A stretch of 64,000 nt of DNA. Source: Octopus sinensis (Eukaryota). Below the pieces are notes generated by a model. The model was not told the DNA's origin and searched no databases. It worked only from the letters and a program-made list of their open reading frames with translations. Location of the stretch: NCBI RefSeq assembly GCF_006345805.1, contig NC_043015.1:3100001-3164000 (forward strand), given 5' to 3'. Of the stretch, positions 25,932-40,939 are shown one piece after another. The position numbers and the translations under genes are program-made. Numbering within the stretch: the first letter of the stretch is position 1; every line of letters begins with the position of its first letter.

Positions 25932-27861
25932 AAAAAATATATATACCCCTGGGTGTTTTATATGCGTTCATTATAGCAAGACTGAATGGTTTATGATTTG
26001 TATTGTTACATATTCGGGCAAGAAGTTAAGAGGTACAGTTGAGACAAAATAGAGTAAGGAAATAGTATTAGAAATGAAGAATTTACATAGAAAAGATTTA
26101 CGTAATTTAAATATAAATAATTAAGTTCATTTATAATGAGTGAATGGTGACGTAAAAATGTGTGTATGGTCAAGTACGCTCGCATGCATGTACACGTATA
26201 CATTTCTGCATCCATACGCCCATATATATGCACATACACACGCATATACTCACGCATATACATATATCCTCACGTACACACATATCCGTGCATATACGTA
26301 TATACGTATATAAACATATATACATATATATATATATATATATAATATATATATATTATATATATATTATATATATATATTATATATTATATATATATAT
26401 ATATATAATATATATATATATATACACTTTTTACTCATCACTTCTAAGAAGATGTTTATATAGTTTCAGGTCGGTCAAGTAATTCGGATTGGTTAATGAA
26501 ATATGAGCAAGTATGTATGTATGTGTGAACTATTATTCAAAATATCAATGATCGTATTGTATAATTGTCTAATAATCCTGAGCAATTCGTGAGCAGCAAT
26601 GCAAGTAATCTTTAGTTTGGAATACAAAATGAAGCCTTACCAGAATCGTTTCGTAATTGTTTGTATTTATTTAATCTGGTTTTCTATTCTCCAAGCGTGT
26701 GAGCATTTACAATTTCATTTACTTAATCCGTAATACTATTCATTAGTTTACAAACAAGTAAATTTCCATTGTATACAGTAAGACAATCAGCCACTTTCTC
26801 TCATCACGCTTAATTCTCTACTTGAGTACTTAACGTTTGTAAATCATATTAACATTGTCAATATTTGAAACAAAATCATTGCTTAAATTTGTCAGAATCT
26901 ATTCTTTTTCTCGAACGTGTCTCAACGTGTAATCAATCTTTCATTTTAATATTGCTCCAGATGTTAATTAATAAATTTACAGTGGCTTACTATGTATTAA
27001 ATATATTTTCCTACTTAATGTCAGTCCCCCAATATTCCTCTCCCGATATTTGGATAGTAATATATGAACGATTTCTTTATTTTAATTTAAATGAGACAGA
27101 ATAGTTTTTCAAAATTATGTTTCGTATTTCACATTTAATACGTGCTGAAATAGAAATACTAGATTTCATGTATTTAGATTTTTAATCATTTAATGAATTG
27201 ATATAACAAATGTTATTTATACAAACATACATTAATACATATATACATTCTGACACTCATTTATAAAAACACGTACAAACACATAAACACACTTTCCTTC
27301 TCTCTCACACACACATGCATACACACACACATAAACAAACACGCGCATAAACTTATGTCATATATATGTATATTTGTATAAAGGTGAGTATGGTATATCA
27401 TTATTTATTATATCCAACGATCTATGAGTGTATCTTATTGAATATTTAGAAAGTTGTAATATTATTATGATATAAAATACCCTTCCCTGTTATATATCTA
27501 TGAATATTACCTGGAGACAAGAGTCTTCAGCAAATGGTGTAATTTCGCAATCCTCGGGTCAAATAAGTAACTATGTAATACATACTTAATAAAATATCTA
27601 TTGATACAATCAATTAATCACTACATATAAATGTCAAAATGAAACAAGTGAAGAAATTTAAAAGAATTGAATATTATAAATTATAAGTCATGCATACAGC
27701 AAACCTATCAAGTGTGAGTAATAATATTTAAATTACGTCTGCACAGGTTCTGTACGGCACATTCAAGCTGAATCATTGTATCCAAATAATTATAATTTTA
27801 CTTAAACCTAATTAATCGCTCTTAAATGAAATTCTTTCTGTATCTATTTTCCATATATGTA

Positions 27862-27892
<31 letters not shown>

Positions 27893-27926
27893 TAGATAGG
27901 TAGATATATAGATACATACATACATA

Positions 27927-28015
<89 letters not shown>

Positions 28016-28634
28016 ATATATACATAGAGATATATATGTGTAAGTATGTGTGTTTGCCTGGATGACAATCAGTCCCATTGCCAACAGAGAGTATGAGTTT
28101 CTTATCAGGCAGAAACTCATACGAGATGAGAAAGGGCTGTTTTTTTATCCCAAACCATCAAGCTTTCGAACAAACTCAAGCATTCTCTCCAACCGAATAT
28201 ACTGCAATGAGAGTGATAAAAAACAACGAGTCAATATCATGGTGTTTGGAGAATCACAAAAGCTTCTTGCGTTGCTATTCAGTTGAAGGTGATAGCATTA
28301 CTTTTTAAGTCCAATGTAATTTTGTTCTTATAAGCAGCTCCACTGATATTACGTTGAACAGAGATATAAAATATTTATTCTAATTATTTCTAGTGCTATG
28401 CTTCCTTTCATTGATTATTTAACCATAGTTCCTCTCCTGATACCAAGTTAGATTTCTTATGTTTTGTTCACTTATGTCGGCATTATTGCTATTTGTCGAT
28501 CTATAATTAATATTCTGGTTACTATTTAGGCTAATTTTTTACATGGTAATCTTCTAGCATTGTGTTAAAATATTTCTATTAGTGAAGGCTGGTCTAAGCC
28601 TAATTTTTATTCATTATGTTAATATATTCACAGT

Positions 28635-28770
28635 GTTTCGGAAAACGTTTAGCCAATGCCGAATCCATTCACAAGATTTTGGTTTCCACGGGGCTATTGG
28701 AGAAATTACATACCGTGTGGTGGGACTGAACACTGAACCATATGGCTAGGAAGAAAGCCTCTGATCGCAC
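28635..28770 (-). mobile_element. SINE family B head, decayed
   Basis: aatccattcacaaga.tttggt..gggctat..gtgggactgaac..gaaccatatgg. Confidence 0.6.
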
Positions 28771-28787
28771 ATCTATCTATCTATCTA

Positions 28788-28842
<55 letters not shown>

Positions 28843-28860
28843 TTATCTATCTATCTAACC

Positions 28861-28916
<56 letters not shown>

Positions 28917-29171
28917 TTGTGTGTGTATGTATATATATACATATACATATATAAACATATAGGTTCAAATCTTTATAAGAATTTATCAAGTAGTTACCAT
29001 GAAAACCCTCATAAGAGAAAACAATCCATCAACTTTTTTTCCTGAAATATATTTATTTTTATTACGTGGAGGGCATTATTACACATAATTTCTACACGCT
29101 ATGAGGGACATTTAAAGTAAAAACTACTAAAATAAACATATATATACATACATATATATATATATATATAG

Positions 29172-29208
<37 letters not shown>

Positions 29209-29865
29209 AATTACGTAAGATCGTGCGAGTACTCACATACGCACGTATATATGCATCTATATAAGAAATATGCGAAGCAACTTCTATAAGTATTTGTATG
29301 CATATTGAAACTTGCACACACGCTCATATATACTTATTCATAGAGATAATGAGATGTAGAAAACGCACGACATTTACTCCTACAAACAAGATAAGAGAAT
29401 GTATTGATCAAATTAACATAAGTATGTATAAGAAATTTAATATATATGAAATTAAGTTCTTGCCGAACTATGGAAATTAAATATTGCATTAAAATAATCA
29501 TAACTATAACATATAGCATGATGGGAAAAATAAATATAATTTAGTAACATCATTTATTTCTGGCTACCCAATATATGACTGAAATTTTTGGATAAGTTTG
29601 AAAATTGCAATTTTGATTTGCATAATATAATTATATTATATCCCATGATTCTAGAATATGACATTTAGAGATTCATTACTGACGAATATTCTAATAATAT
29701 CCTGCCACGATGAATGTCGAAATTATTATCGAAATGCAAATAGAAAAGCTGGCAAATTCTTATGTATACATTACCAAATATTTTATGCGAAAATGGCTTC
29801 GAAAATTTGACCTGCAAGTTACTTAATCGGTGTGAAGCAAATTCATAGATCTACATATATACATA

Positions 29866-29941
<76 letters not shown>

Positions 29942-30079
29942 GTACTCAAAGAAAATGTTATGTGATATGAAATTTAATCTAAACACACCTAAACCTAACA
30001 TTACGTTTATGAGCACATATATAGTAAGAGAAACGTACATATACACACATATATACCGATATATGTATATATATGAGAA

Positions 30080-30362
30080 AACACCCTTCCGTCATGAATG
30101 ACCATGGCATTGCACCTAGAAAGTTAATCTCACAGGCACAAGACCAGGCAAGTTTCTTTATGGAAGTCGAGCAACCGCCCATGCATATTATCTTCCCCTT
30201 TCCGCACCAGTGATGTCGCAACTCATTTCTATAGCTGAGTTAAATGGAGCAATGTGAAATAAAGTGTCTTTCTCAAGAACACAACAATCAGTCCGGTCCG
30301 GGAATTTGAACTCACAACGTCATGTTCGTAAGCTCGACCTACCAATCACTGAGCTATGCCCC
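30080..30362 (-). mobile_element. SINE family C copy
   Basis: Reverse-complement match to 7218-7537 (tcatgaatgaccatgg.attgcacctagaaagtt; gtcgcaactcatttct..agctgag). Confidence 0.8.
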
Positions 30363-30414
30363 TTCACACACATACAAATATATATACATACATATATATA
30401 TATATTTTTTTTGT

Positions 30415-31122
30415 TTCTAGTTTCAGCTCAGAGCTGCGGCCATGCTGATGCACCGACGTTTTGTGCTACACTGTTATTACGAAGAACCTCGTGAAGAATG
30501 GAGTTTGATATAGCTACTCTCATTTGCACCTCTTGGCGTGAGGTAAGTTCATCTGGGACTTTTGACAGGAAGATGTCCAGCTTTGATTTAAAAACCGCTA
30601 CATCTACTTTGTGCAAGTTCCTCAGACTCTTTGGGAGAATATTAAAAAGTTGTGGGCCCTTGAAACCCAGGCTGTTGCAGAAGCTGGTCCTGATGCGTGA
30701 TAGTATTGCTGGGATCATTGGCACTATGCAGTGTCGTCCCGTTCTAGCATTGGTGTCGCTTACAATGCCAAAATTTGGCACGATTACTTTCAGGATCTTC
30801 TAGACATATATTACTGCATACCTCCCCCGTCTTCTCTCCAGGGAGTAGAGTCTTAGCTGTTTCAACCTTTCCCAGTAGCTGAGCTGTTGCAAAGAGACGT
30901 TCTTCTTTGTGAATCTTCTCAGGATTGCTTCAAGGTCCGCTGTTAATTTTACACTGGTGGGTGACCATAGCTGTAAGCAGTAATCCAGGCGGCTGAGAAC
31001 GAATGCCCGCCAGAGGACCATCATTGTTTCCTTATCTCTGGTTCTGAATGTTCTTAGGGTTCACCCAGAATGTCGTCTGCACTTTGTCGCCATCGTGGTA
31101 ATGTGCACTTGGAAAGAGGTAT
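30415..31122 (-). mobile_element. CR1-type LINE, 5'-truncated, frameshifted, with 3' tail
   Basis: ORFs 30800-31024 ([38 protein letters not shown]) and 30428-30781; homologous to 13586-14665. Confidence 0.92.
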
Positions 31123-31184
31123 CATATATATATATATATTTATACACGCACACACACGCATATACATATATATATATATATATA

Positions 31185-31222
<38 letters not shown>

Positions 31223-31267
31223 GTATATGTATATGTATATACATATATATATATACATATATATATG

Positions 31268-31300
<33 letters not shown>

Positions 31301-31348
31301 TATATATATATATGTATATATATATATGTGAAAATATATATATATATA

Positions 31349-31429
<81 letters not shown>

Positions 31430-31457
31430 GTGTGTGTGTGTGCGTATGTGTGTGTGT

Positions 31458-31520
<63 letters not shown>

Positions 31521-32044
31521 AGAAATGTTTTGATCTTGAGTCAGTGCAGTATGTGTCATTGGACGGAAATTTTTCAATTCAAATTCTCTTAAACTATCAG
31601 AAAATATCACTGAAAAAATCTAAACAGTCAGAAAAAGAAGATATTATAGGACCTCACAACATAAGTAGATTGTAAAATTCGGTAAGAAATCGAAATCAGA
31701 TTTAAAATATATTCGAACACATGTTCTATATTAGATACGTACACTAGGTGTCGGCGGCCAAGAAGACTCGTACCCCTCCAAATACCCTCGCGAATCTACG
31801 TAACGTAGCGTATTCATCTTTTTATTCTGGTTTGATTCATCTTGTATAATTTGTTGCTCTATCCCCTGGGAAATGGGAAATGTGAAAAGCAATTTAATTA
31901 TTTAATTATTTGGAAACTGTCGAATAAATATTGCGTAAACTTTCATCATTTACTTTCGAAGGAAAAGGTGTATGATAAGAAATTTAAAATCACTCAACCT
32001 AATGTCTTCTTTGGGTGTAGATGTCCTGTCGTTTTTATCTTTCT

Positions 32045-32092
<48 letters not shown>

Positions 32093-32132
32093 TATATATA
32101 TATTATATATAATATATATATATTTATTTATA

Positions 32133-32288
<156 letters not shown>

Positions 32289-33504
32289 GTGTGTGTGCAT
32301 ATGTGCCACGTCGTTACGTTTTTCTTTTCTCTTCGCTTTTCGCAGTTATTAAAATTACCTTCATATATACATACATAGATATATCATTATATATACACAT
32401 ACATATATTTGAATTTATATAATACACACACACACTCACACACACTCACACATACACTTACACACACGCATACACGCACACATACACACACACGCAAATA
32501 TATATATAAGAGAAAATCTTACCTAGCAAAACATTACAACAACAATACAACATTTGAACGTCATCAAAACAAATTTCCCAAGCATGAAAGAAAGTTAAAT
32601 TTAAGGAAACTAGGTAAATTCTACTAGAAAAAAAACAGGATAAATGTGTAATGATAACAGATGTGGAATATGCGATTCTCATCCAACAAATTTTGAGTCA
32701 TTTTCGCTGTTTGACAAGAATCCCCATCTTCCATAAATGAAAGAAAAAGTTTTTTTTATCATTTCCCCACTGGAGAAATTTGAAGGCAGTCCTTTCTGCA
32801 AAATGGGTACATATTTATCTGAATTTATCTTTCCCTCACACTCCACCAACTCTGATCAACTTTGCACCAAATTGGTCCCGAGAGCATCAAAGGGTAGCTG
32901 TCGCGTTTCTTTGTTGGCTTCAATCTTTTCATATCAAATTCTTTATCACAAAGTCTCCAAACCTACACTCAAACACTGTCAGGAAATACAGAAAATCTGG
33001 TTTATCAGAGAATATGACAGTGTGGCAAAATTCTAGTGCCCCCTCCGCCATCTTACTGGCCCGATCTTCACTCCGCTATAGAACTTGTTACATAATTAAT
33101 GAAATTAATTGTCAATTAATGTCAATTAATTGTCAATTAATGAAAAAAAATAGAAAATTCGAATAAACATAAAACAATGTCTTATGATGTGTGGTAGTGA
33201 AGAGGGGACAGGCTTACAATTATCTTCCACTTTGCAATTATTTTGTTTCAGCACACGATCTTAAATCAAAGCACTTGCCATGCAAGTATATCTCCATAAT
33301 TAAATTTTCCAATGTTTGACTGGTGTCACAGACGAATTTATCAAGGACAGACCAGCAAAAATACCAGATTTAACTCACAGAGTACTTAACTCGAAATTTA
33401 GCGACTTCTTGCATGTTTTGGTAAATATTGTTTTGGGAGAGTTTCAAAAGCATAGTCTGTAACATTGTCATGTTTTTCACATTACAAAAAGATCCAGAAC
33501 AGTA

Positions 33505-33789
33505 TTCTTTTTGATACATGTTTCAGTCATTTGACTGCGACCATTCTGGAAGGCCCACTTTACTCGAGCAAATCGAACCTAGGACTTATTCTTTGTAAGC
33601 CTAGTACTTATTCTATCGTTCTTATTTGCCGAACCGCTAAGTTACGGGGACGTAAACACACCAGCATATGTTGTCAAGTGATGTTGGGGGAACAAACACA
33701 GACACACAAATACAGACACACAGACACACACACACAGACACTCACACACACACACACACACACACTCACACACACACACACACACACAC

Positions 33790-33825
<36 letters not shown>

Positions 33826-34968
33826 TGGCATCCTTTCTGTCTCGGGAGACAATGGAGTTGCGCATTTTTTTTTCTAGGTCTAGTCCGGCTGTTATATTTT
33901 ATTTCCTGTTACATTTCTTGCTGTGGCTGTGTAGTCCTATCTTGGACAAACACTCCCTCTGGAAGGTACTGCAAATGTAGCGAAGACTGTTCCTGGCTGG
34001 TTGTAGTGCCATGGTCTCTTGTTTATGTCTCTTCCTTTCTTTCCATTTCTCCTCTCTCTTTCTGTCACTCCTCTGTATACCCTCTTTTACTGTACGTCGC
34101 CATTCTCCACGGTTGCCGGCGACTGCCTCCCAACCGCTAATGTTGATGTTGCAGGCCTTCATATCCCTTTTGCAAACATCCTTGTAACGTAAGATCGGTC
34201 TACCCACAGACCTAGTACCCCTAGCACGCTCTCCGGAGAGTATGTCCTTGGGGATTCTGCCATCTTTCATACGGCTAACATGCCCAAGCCATCTCATACG
34301 TCTTTGTGTGAGGAGTGCAAACATGCTTGGTATTCCTGCTTGCCTGAGGACATCTTTGTTGGGGATATGATTCTGCCATTTGATGTGGAGGATTTTTCGG
34401 AGGCAGCGCAGCTGAAAGATGTTTAGGCGACGATCTTGGCGTGTGTATAGCGTCCAGGTCTCGCTTCCATACAGTAGAGTGCTGAGTACACATGCCTGGT
34501 AGATCTTCATTTTTGTGGTCTTGGTCAGCTTATTTTTGTCCCAAGCCCGTTTGGAGAGTTGGGCCATCGCAGCAGCTGCCTTGCCAATGCGTATGTTGAG
34601 CTCAGCGTCAAGGGATAGGTTGTAGGTGACGGTAGAGCACAGATAGGTAAACTTCTCCACCTCTTGTAATCTGTGGTCTCCAATATGTATGTTTGGGATG
34701 TCCGATGTAGCCTGGCCCATGATGTTGGTCTTCTTAAGGCTGATAGCTAAGCCAAAGTCGTTACATGCTTGCTCAAAACAGTTAATGAGCCTTTGGAGGG
34801 CTTCTTCTGTGTGTGTTACCAGAGCGGCATCATCAGCAAATAACATCTCCTTGATCAGGACGTTTCTGATTTTGGTCTTGGCACGCAGGCGCGAGAGATT
34901 GAACAGTTTCCCCTCACTTCTACTGTGCAGAAACACCCCATCATATATATATATATATATATATATAG

Positions 34969-34999
<31 letters not shown>

Positions 35000-35172
35000 T
35001 ACGACGGGCTTCTTACACTTTCCGTCTACCAAACCCACTCACAAAACTTTGGTCGGTCCGAGGCTATAGTAGAAGACACTTGCCCAAGTTGCCACGCAGG
35101 TGGGGGGGGGTGAACCCGGAACCATGTGGTTGGTAATCAAGCTACTTACGACACAGCTACTACTGCGCCTAT
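33505..35172 (-). mobile_element. SINE family B split by an RTE insertion (head 35001-35172; (TG)n and tail 33505-33790)
   Basis: Both halves match intact copies 51722-52124 and 62195-62658 in the same order and orientation. Confidence 0.88.
33821..34942 (-). mobile_element. RTE (BovB-like) LINE, 5'-truncated; uninterrupted 347-aa RT C-terminal frame plus short 3' UTR
   Basis: DGVFLHSRSEGKLFNLSRLRAKTK..MLFADDAAL..GLAISLKKT..LLYGSETW..RWLGHVSRM..GRP..RYKD..C-terminal RECLSKIGLHSH. Stop at 33899; UTR ends ccattgtctcccgagacagaaaggatgccaaacaa. The first 32 aa of track ORF 33899-35038 come from SINE and TA sequence. Confidence 0.95.
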
Positions 35173-35229
35173 ATTACGGTAAGTCTGTATATGAAGAACT
35201 TTAAAGTAAACAGAGACTACCAACTCCGA

Positions 35230-36205
35230 TTCAGCATGTCAACAAAAGCATGCTACATGGTTCATGTGGAATAGATAAACCCAATACAACATGAATGCTT
35301 GATGGGAAATGTAAACGGCATTTCCTTAAAAACTTTCAGGAAAATACATTGCACAGTTAAAATGGCTATCCATTTTACCGACCCCGAAATAATGGTTTTA
35401 CATTTACTAAATATAATGTTGAGCTAGATAATCGTACAGTACTACAATATTCCCCATTTTTCTTAGTCAAATATGATGGCCATTGTAATGTAGAATTATG
35501 TACATCTGTAAAAGGAGTTTAAAATATTAGAAAATATAATACATAAAAGTCAAGATCAGGTGACAGTCTGTATTAGTGAACAAAACCATGCACAACAAAC
35601 ACGCAAAACTGAAATTGAAAGTTATATCAATGACCGCTATATATCTTCATCGGAGGCAGTCTAGAGGATTTTAGGGTTCAAATTACATGCTTCATATCCT
35701 GAAGTACAATAACTTACATTTCATTTATCCGTATAGCAATACATTTACTTTACTCACAATGATGATATTGAACATGTTATCTACACTCATGACAAGTCCA
35801 GTCTCACTGAATAGATGTTATTTGACCGGGAATTACCAGCTAACCCATTTTCACGTACATTACATCATATTGATTTACCTGAATTTTTCATAATAATAGT
35901 GAGAGAATGTGGCATCTCAGAAAAGATAATACGCATTCAATTGCGCGTATCTATTTTTTTCTCTAAATGAGCAAGATATATTCTATCTTAGACCCTTACT
36001 ATACCATATTCCCGGTGCTATATGATTTGAAGATATGAGGACTATTGATTGCGTAGTTTGCCATAGTTACAACGAGGCTGCAATGTAGCTGGGTTTAGCA
36101 TATGATGACAGTGAATGCTATGGGACTATGTTGTTTACAAATGCTTCAGCTACTCCATATCAGATGCGAAGACGTATCTGCTCCGACTCTTAATTGTTGT
36201 AAGCT
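35230..36205 (+). mobile_element. Helitron Rep/Helicase pseudogene fragment (Rep C-terminal region); missed by the ORF track
   Basis: From ATG 35250: MLHGSCGIDKPNTT*MLDGKCKRHFLKNF..NGYPFYRPRNNG..LDNRTVLQYSPFFLVKYDGHCNVELCTSVKGV*; after a shift EIESYINDRYISSSEAV*RILGFKLH; later FYLRPLLYHIPGAI*FEDMRTID..LGLAYDDSE. These match typical Helitron blocks (HGPCG, GYPxYRRR, NxxVVPYNP, YxSxxEAxWR, FYLRxLL, SFEDLRT). Confidence 0.88.
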
Positions 36206-37690
36206 ATCTTTATACTTATGTATATATATATATAATATATATATATATATAGTATATATATATTATACAAATATATGATGCAATGTAAAATGCGCTATCT
36301 TAAAGATATCGTGTTCGCACTAGTATATATGTATATGTATATATACAAGTATGTATGTATATATATATAAATATAAACTTCATTGATGAAACGTGACGAA
36401 GCGAGAGGCATTTAAATCGAGAGACAGGATTAGCTTTTGCAGCTACAAGTCATTTGTGCTTTGATTAAATTAAATACAAACGGACGCAATGATATTAGCC
36501 ATGTTTGAAAACAGAAATACTTTCCTGAATATTAGCAATTAAGTATTACATTGATAATGATGTCGTTAACATATATCAACTGGGAAAGAGTGATTATAAT
36601 TTTAGTAACACAATTTAGTACTGATTTATAAATGTGTGAGTAAAACCAATGGTATAACTCTGAAAATTTCAGTTTGTGATTTGCATAAAATAATTATATC
36701 ATTTCACACGAATGTAGAAGATGACATTCATAGATTCATTATTGAAGAATATTCTAATAATATCCTGGTACAAAGATATTCTTAGTGATTATTTATAAAA
36801 CGTATGCATATCCCCAGAAACTGTACAATGCGTAATGCATATACTGTAATATATAAGTGAATTAATTCAAAATATGAGCAGCAAATTATAAGGCTTGTGT
36901 GAAGCGACGTAACAGTGTGTAATAAACATAGCAGTACAGTAAAGGCAGTTAAATAGAGAATGTTTGCTTACTCGAAATTGTAACACATGATAAACTTACA
37001 TGTACACATATATGCACACAGGGCTGAGATCGCCAAAACACCATTAAAGCATTTTACTGAAGAGTCGTTATTGAAGAGACTACGGAAATATGTGATCAGT
37101 TTTGGGAATTCTCGAGTTAGGGCTTTTGGACGTTTGCAACCCCTGTGAGAATTCATGTATACAATTATTTGCTTTTACTACTCTTGGCACCCTTTGTTTT
37201 GTTTAGTGACAACTATATATTTAAGTTTTGTCCACACCTAACGCTTGTCTGTTTATGAAAATTAAACGTGAAAACGTACTCCTTATTGCTGACTCCATTT
37301 AAAATTGTTTTCCAAAATTATTTATATGTATACATGCATGTATATCAGGCTGCTAATATACTTTGAACGTTGATAAGTTATGCAGCATAATGTGGGCTTC
37401 TCTTACAAAGGTGGTCGTATTTGGTAAAATGCGTCCCTCTATGTACTGTTCATGGAGCCTTTTTTTCTACTGGAATTTTGGGACATTCCACTAAAGATTC
37501 TGATGACATCTATCTTCATATGGTTAGCAATTTACTTTTGAAACTTCGAACCTACTGACTGGTATTTCCGTGATATTTCTTTCATAGGAGTTACGATTAT
37601 ATTCTATAATCCTAAGACATTCATTCAGTGCGGGTCTCTGTTTGCAGGCTGTGTGATTTGCGAGTGCATTGTCTAGGTATGTGTGTATGC

Positions 37691-37752
<62 letters not shown>

Positions 37753-37809
37753 ATATATATATATATATATATATCAATCTATCTATCTATATATCTATCT
37801 ATCTATCTA

Positions 37810-37840
<31 letters not shown>

Positions 37841-37901
37841 ATATATATATATATATATATATCAATCTATCTATCTATATATATATATATATCTATATAT
37901 A

Positions 37902-37939
<38 letters not shown>

Positions 37940-40707
37940 GCTAGCTAGCTAGCTGTCTGTCTGTCTGTCTATCTATCTATCTGTATATATACGCATGTAT
38001 GTATGTATGTATGCATACATGTATAGAAACAGACAATCTGTGTTGTCAAAATATCTAGGATTATGATTTTCGATACAATAAGGATGTGAATTCTTATTTT
38101 TGGGAACTCTTTTCGTTTACACCAAACAAAGTATCAGAGATATAACTCTTAGCAATATTGTATTAGTTATCTGAAATAGACAGATTTGTTGAAATACGAA
38201 CAGCAAAATGTACCGCACGATTTAAAGAGTATAATATGAAAACGAGCTACTTATAATGTGTATCATCTGTAAATACTGCAGGGCATTCAGTTGAATACGG
38301 CATTATTAGCGTTGTCGCTGGTCAGCATAAATACAATATCACAATAATAGCGACAACATGAACATTTTTCTTCTCACAAAATAGCAACATTAATTTTTTT
38401 TTTGGAAGGGATGACCATTCAATATGACATCTTCCTTTGACTGGAAATATTTTGTACTGACTCCGGCTTGCCAAATATAGGACTTGATACGCAATATCTA
38501 GGGCATCATAAGTTATTTTGTTCCATGTTATTTTATTTTTGCTTGATGTAATAATGATATATAATTATGCCTACGCCCCATGTTTACATAAATACATACA
38601 CACAAAGTCACATACGCTCACATTCAGACACAGAGCCATGTGTATGTAGAGCAATGTAGGTTTATAATTGTTATGTCACACGTTTGGATACCTTCTACTC
38701 AACTCGGCTCTCTACTTCCCTCGTCTCTGCTCTAATCTACTACTCTACAACGTCTTAGAATTTTTCCTCTATATCTACGTATTGGGTTAGTCTGCTTCAT
38801 CGTCTTGGGGCGTCCACACAACAATGATATCAAAAATAAACGCACACAATGTTGCTATATCACTACTTTTTCCATTCGTCAATTTACTAGCCGTTTATCA
38901 ATTAAGTAACTCATTGTTCCTTTACTCATTATGTTTATCAATCAGTTGTTTAATTATCTCTAACTACTTTTGTCGCCGTTGATGTCCCCTTCCGCAATAT
39001 ATCCACGCTATTCTGGGCCGTCTTCATGTCGATGTAGTAAATGTATATGCTGAGGAAATGGATATGTTGTTTATTGATGAACGTCATAACGGGCGAAAGA
39101 AGAGGAGTAAGTGTGGAAGAGAAAGTGTATGTACGGTGCGTAGATGAAGAGGTTCGATCCCACGCTCGCATGTCTGTATGTCCATGTGTGTATATATGTG
39201 CGTGATTGTATTGTTGTGTCTTCAAATGTGGAAGCGACATTGTATGGTATTAATAATTCTGTGTCACAAAGACATCATATGTGTTTATGTATGCATATGT
39301 TTGTGTGCTTTCTCTCTTGGAATCCCTGGGTATTTAAGCATCATGTCATTTTGTGCTGAATATGACAACATATTTTAACAAGTGTTAGATACATAAAGCA
39401 GTAATTTATCGAAATAAATTTTTAAAATCATTTAAAAATCCGTATGAATATTTCTGCTATATCCCCCGCGAGATCATGTTTTGTTACCCCATAGCTATTA
39501 TCAGAAAAGAGTTTTGAGATGATTTTGACGCATTGTATATAGATTACGATATAATTTGAATAATATTTGCCGCAGTACATTATTATGTGCTACCTAATTT
39601 TCACACGCATTTCCATCGGATAAGATTGAAATCAGCAATTGAATAAGAAAACTTGATTTCAAACGGAATGACTCAATAATTTCATCATTGACTGCAGGAC
39701 TTCAGAATGATTCCTTCTGAAAGCAATAAATACTCTCAATCATTGGAAGGTGTGAAAATTTGCGTAAAAATAAAGAAAAATAAAATAAACATAAGCATAA
39801 AAGAATACGCTTGGATGTTAAAATTTTTTCGATGTTGACCTTTAATTTAAGCAAATACAACAGCAAATGCATGACTAAGGGAATAAAATACGGAATAATG
39901 GAAAGGAGGGGAAATACACCAAATAAATCAAATCTGCTCTGATGAATTCAAGAGCGTGCTTTATTGGAAATATCTCAATGTCGACACTAAATTGACAGAA
40001 TGTGGATATGTCAAGAGAAACAATCAATTTGATTTGCAACAAACTTAATGCGCGCTTTCTCAGAGCAAGCAATAATCTATATATTTAATTTTTCGTTATA
40101 TAATTGAAAGAGAAAATTTATTATAAATTTTCTTGTAGAAATTCAGTTTGAGATAAAAAAGAGTATATTTGTATTGAAATATAACAGACACAAAACATTT
40201 AATTTATTATAGAGAAAACTGTCAGTGCTAATAAGATCATTTCTTTCAGAGTCATGCCTATAGGTGTTCATCTCCGGATGCGTGTGTGTAAAATTATACA
40301 GCGAGTGAAAAATAAAAACATGGAGTTGGATAAATTATATTATTCAACGTTGGCTAATTTCTCAACATAGAACACTGTGTGGATGCCTTTAACGGTTACA
40401 TTTCTGACTTACTTTATTTATGGCAGTCAAAGTTTGGTATATATAAGCTCTGGTAAATTGGCTTCACTGTTGTCTGTAGTGGCAAGAGTATACCGCTTTG
40501 TGGGGAGAAAATTTATTGAGTAGGATATACTTTAAAAGGGAATAAAAAAGTGGCAATCGCCCTGTGGTAAGTATAGATTCTTTGAAGGTGAATATTCATT
40601 GCAGCCTAAATTAGTAAGGAGAAGCAATGTGCAATTGTTTGTACCGTGCTGCACACCTCCCACACACTTACACTCACACATTTAGATACACACACACAAA
40701 CACACAA

Positions 40708-40745
<38 letters not shown>

Positions 40746-40939
40746 GGGTTCAAATTATTACATGACAGTTTATGTCAATTACATCAATCTCTGTGATCAG
40801 CTGGTCCATATCGTATGGAACCCGAAAGTATCAAAAGTAGAAATAACTTCGGTGGAATTTTAACTAAGAAAAAAGAAAGACGGAATGCGGTTAAACTTCT
40901 TGACTGGATTTGCTAATGGGTCTGAGAGCGTACTGCCTT

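Noticed and set aside
28050-28308. Two overlapping 76-78 aa ORFs and a possible minus-strand splice acceptor
   Set aside because: No recognisable motif, and no open exon with a donor could be defined.
29675-29735. CTGACGA..GAAA hammerhead-like spacing
   Set aside because: No stem III, cleavage triplet or stem I partner; likely chance in AT-rich DNA.
33899-35038. 379-aa ORF as a host gene or full-length protein
   Set aside because: The N-terminal 32 aa come from SINE and (TA)n sequence with a GTG start; the rest is a truncated RTE RT.
38960-39160. Short coding-like stretch (..DVVNVYAEEMDMLFIDERHNGRKKRSKC..)
   Set aside because: About 54 codons between stops, with no homology I recognise and no clear splice sites.
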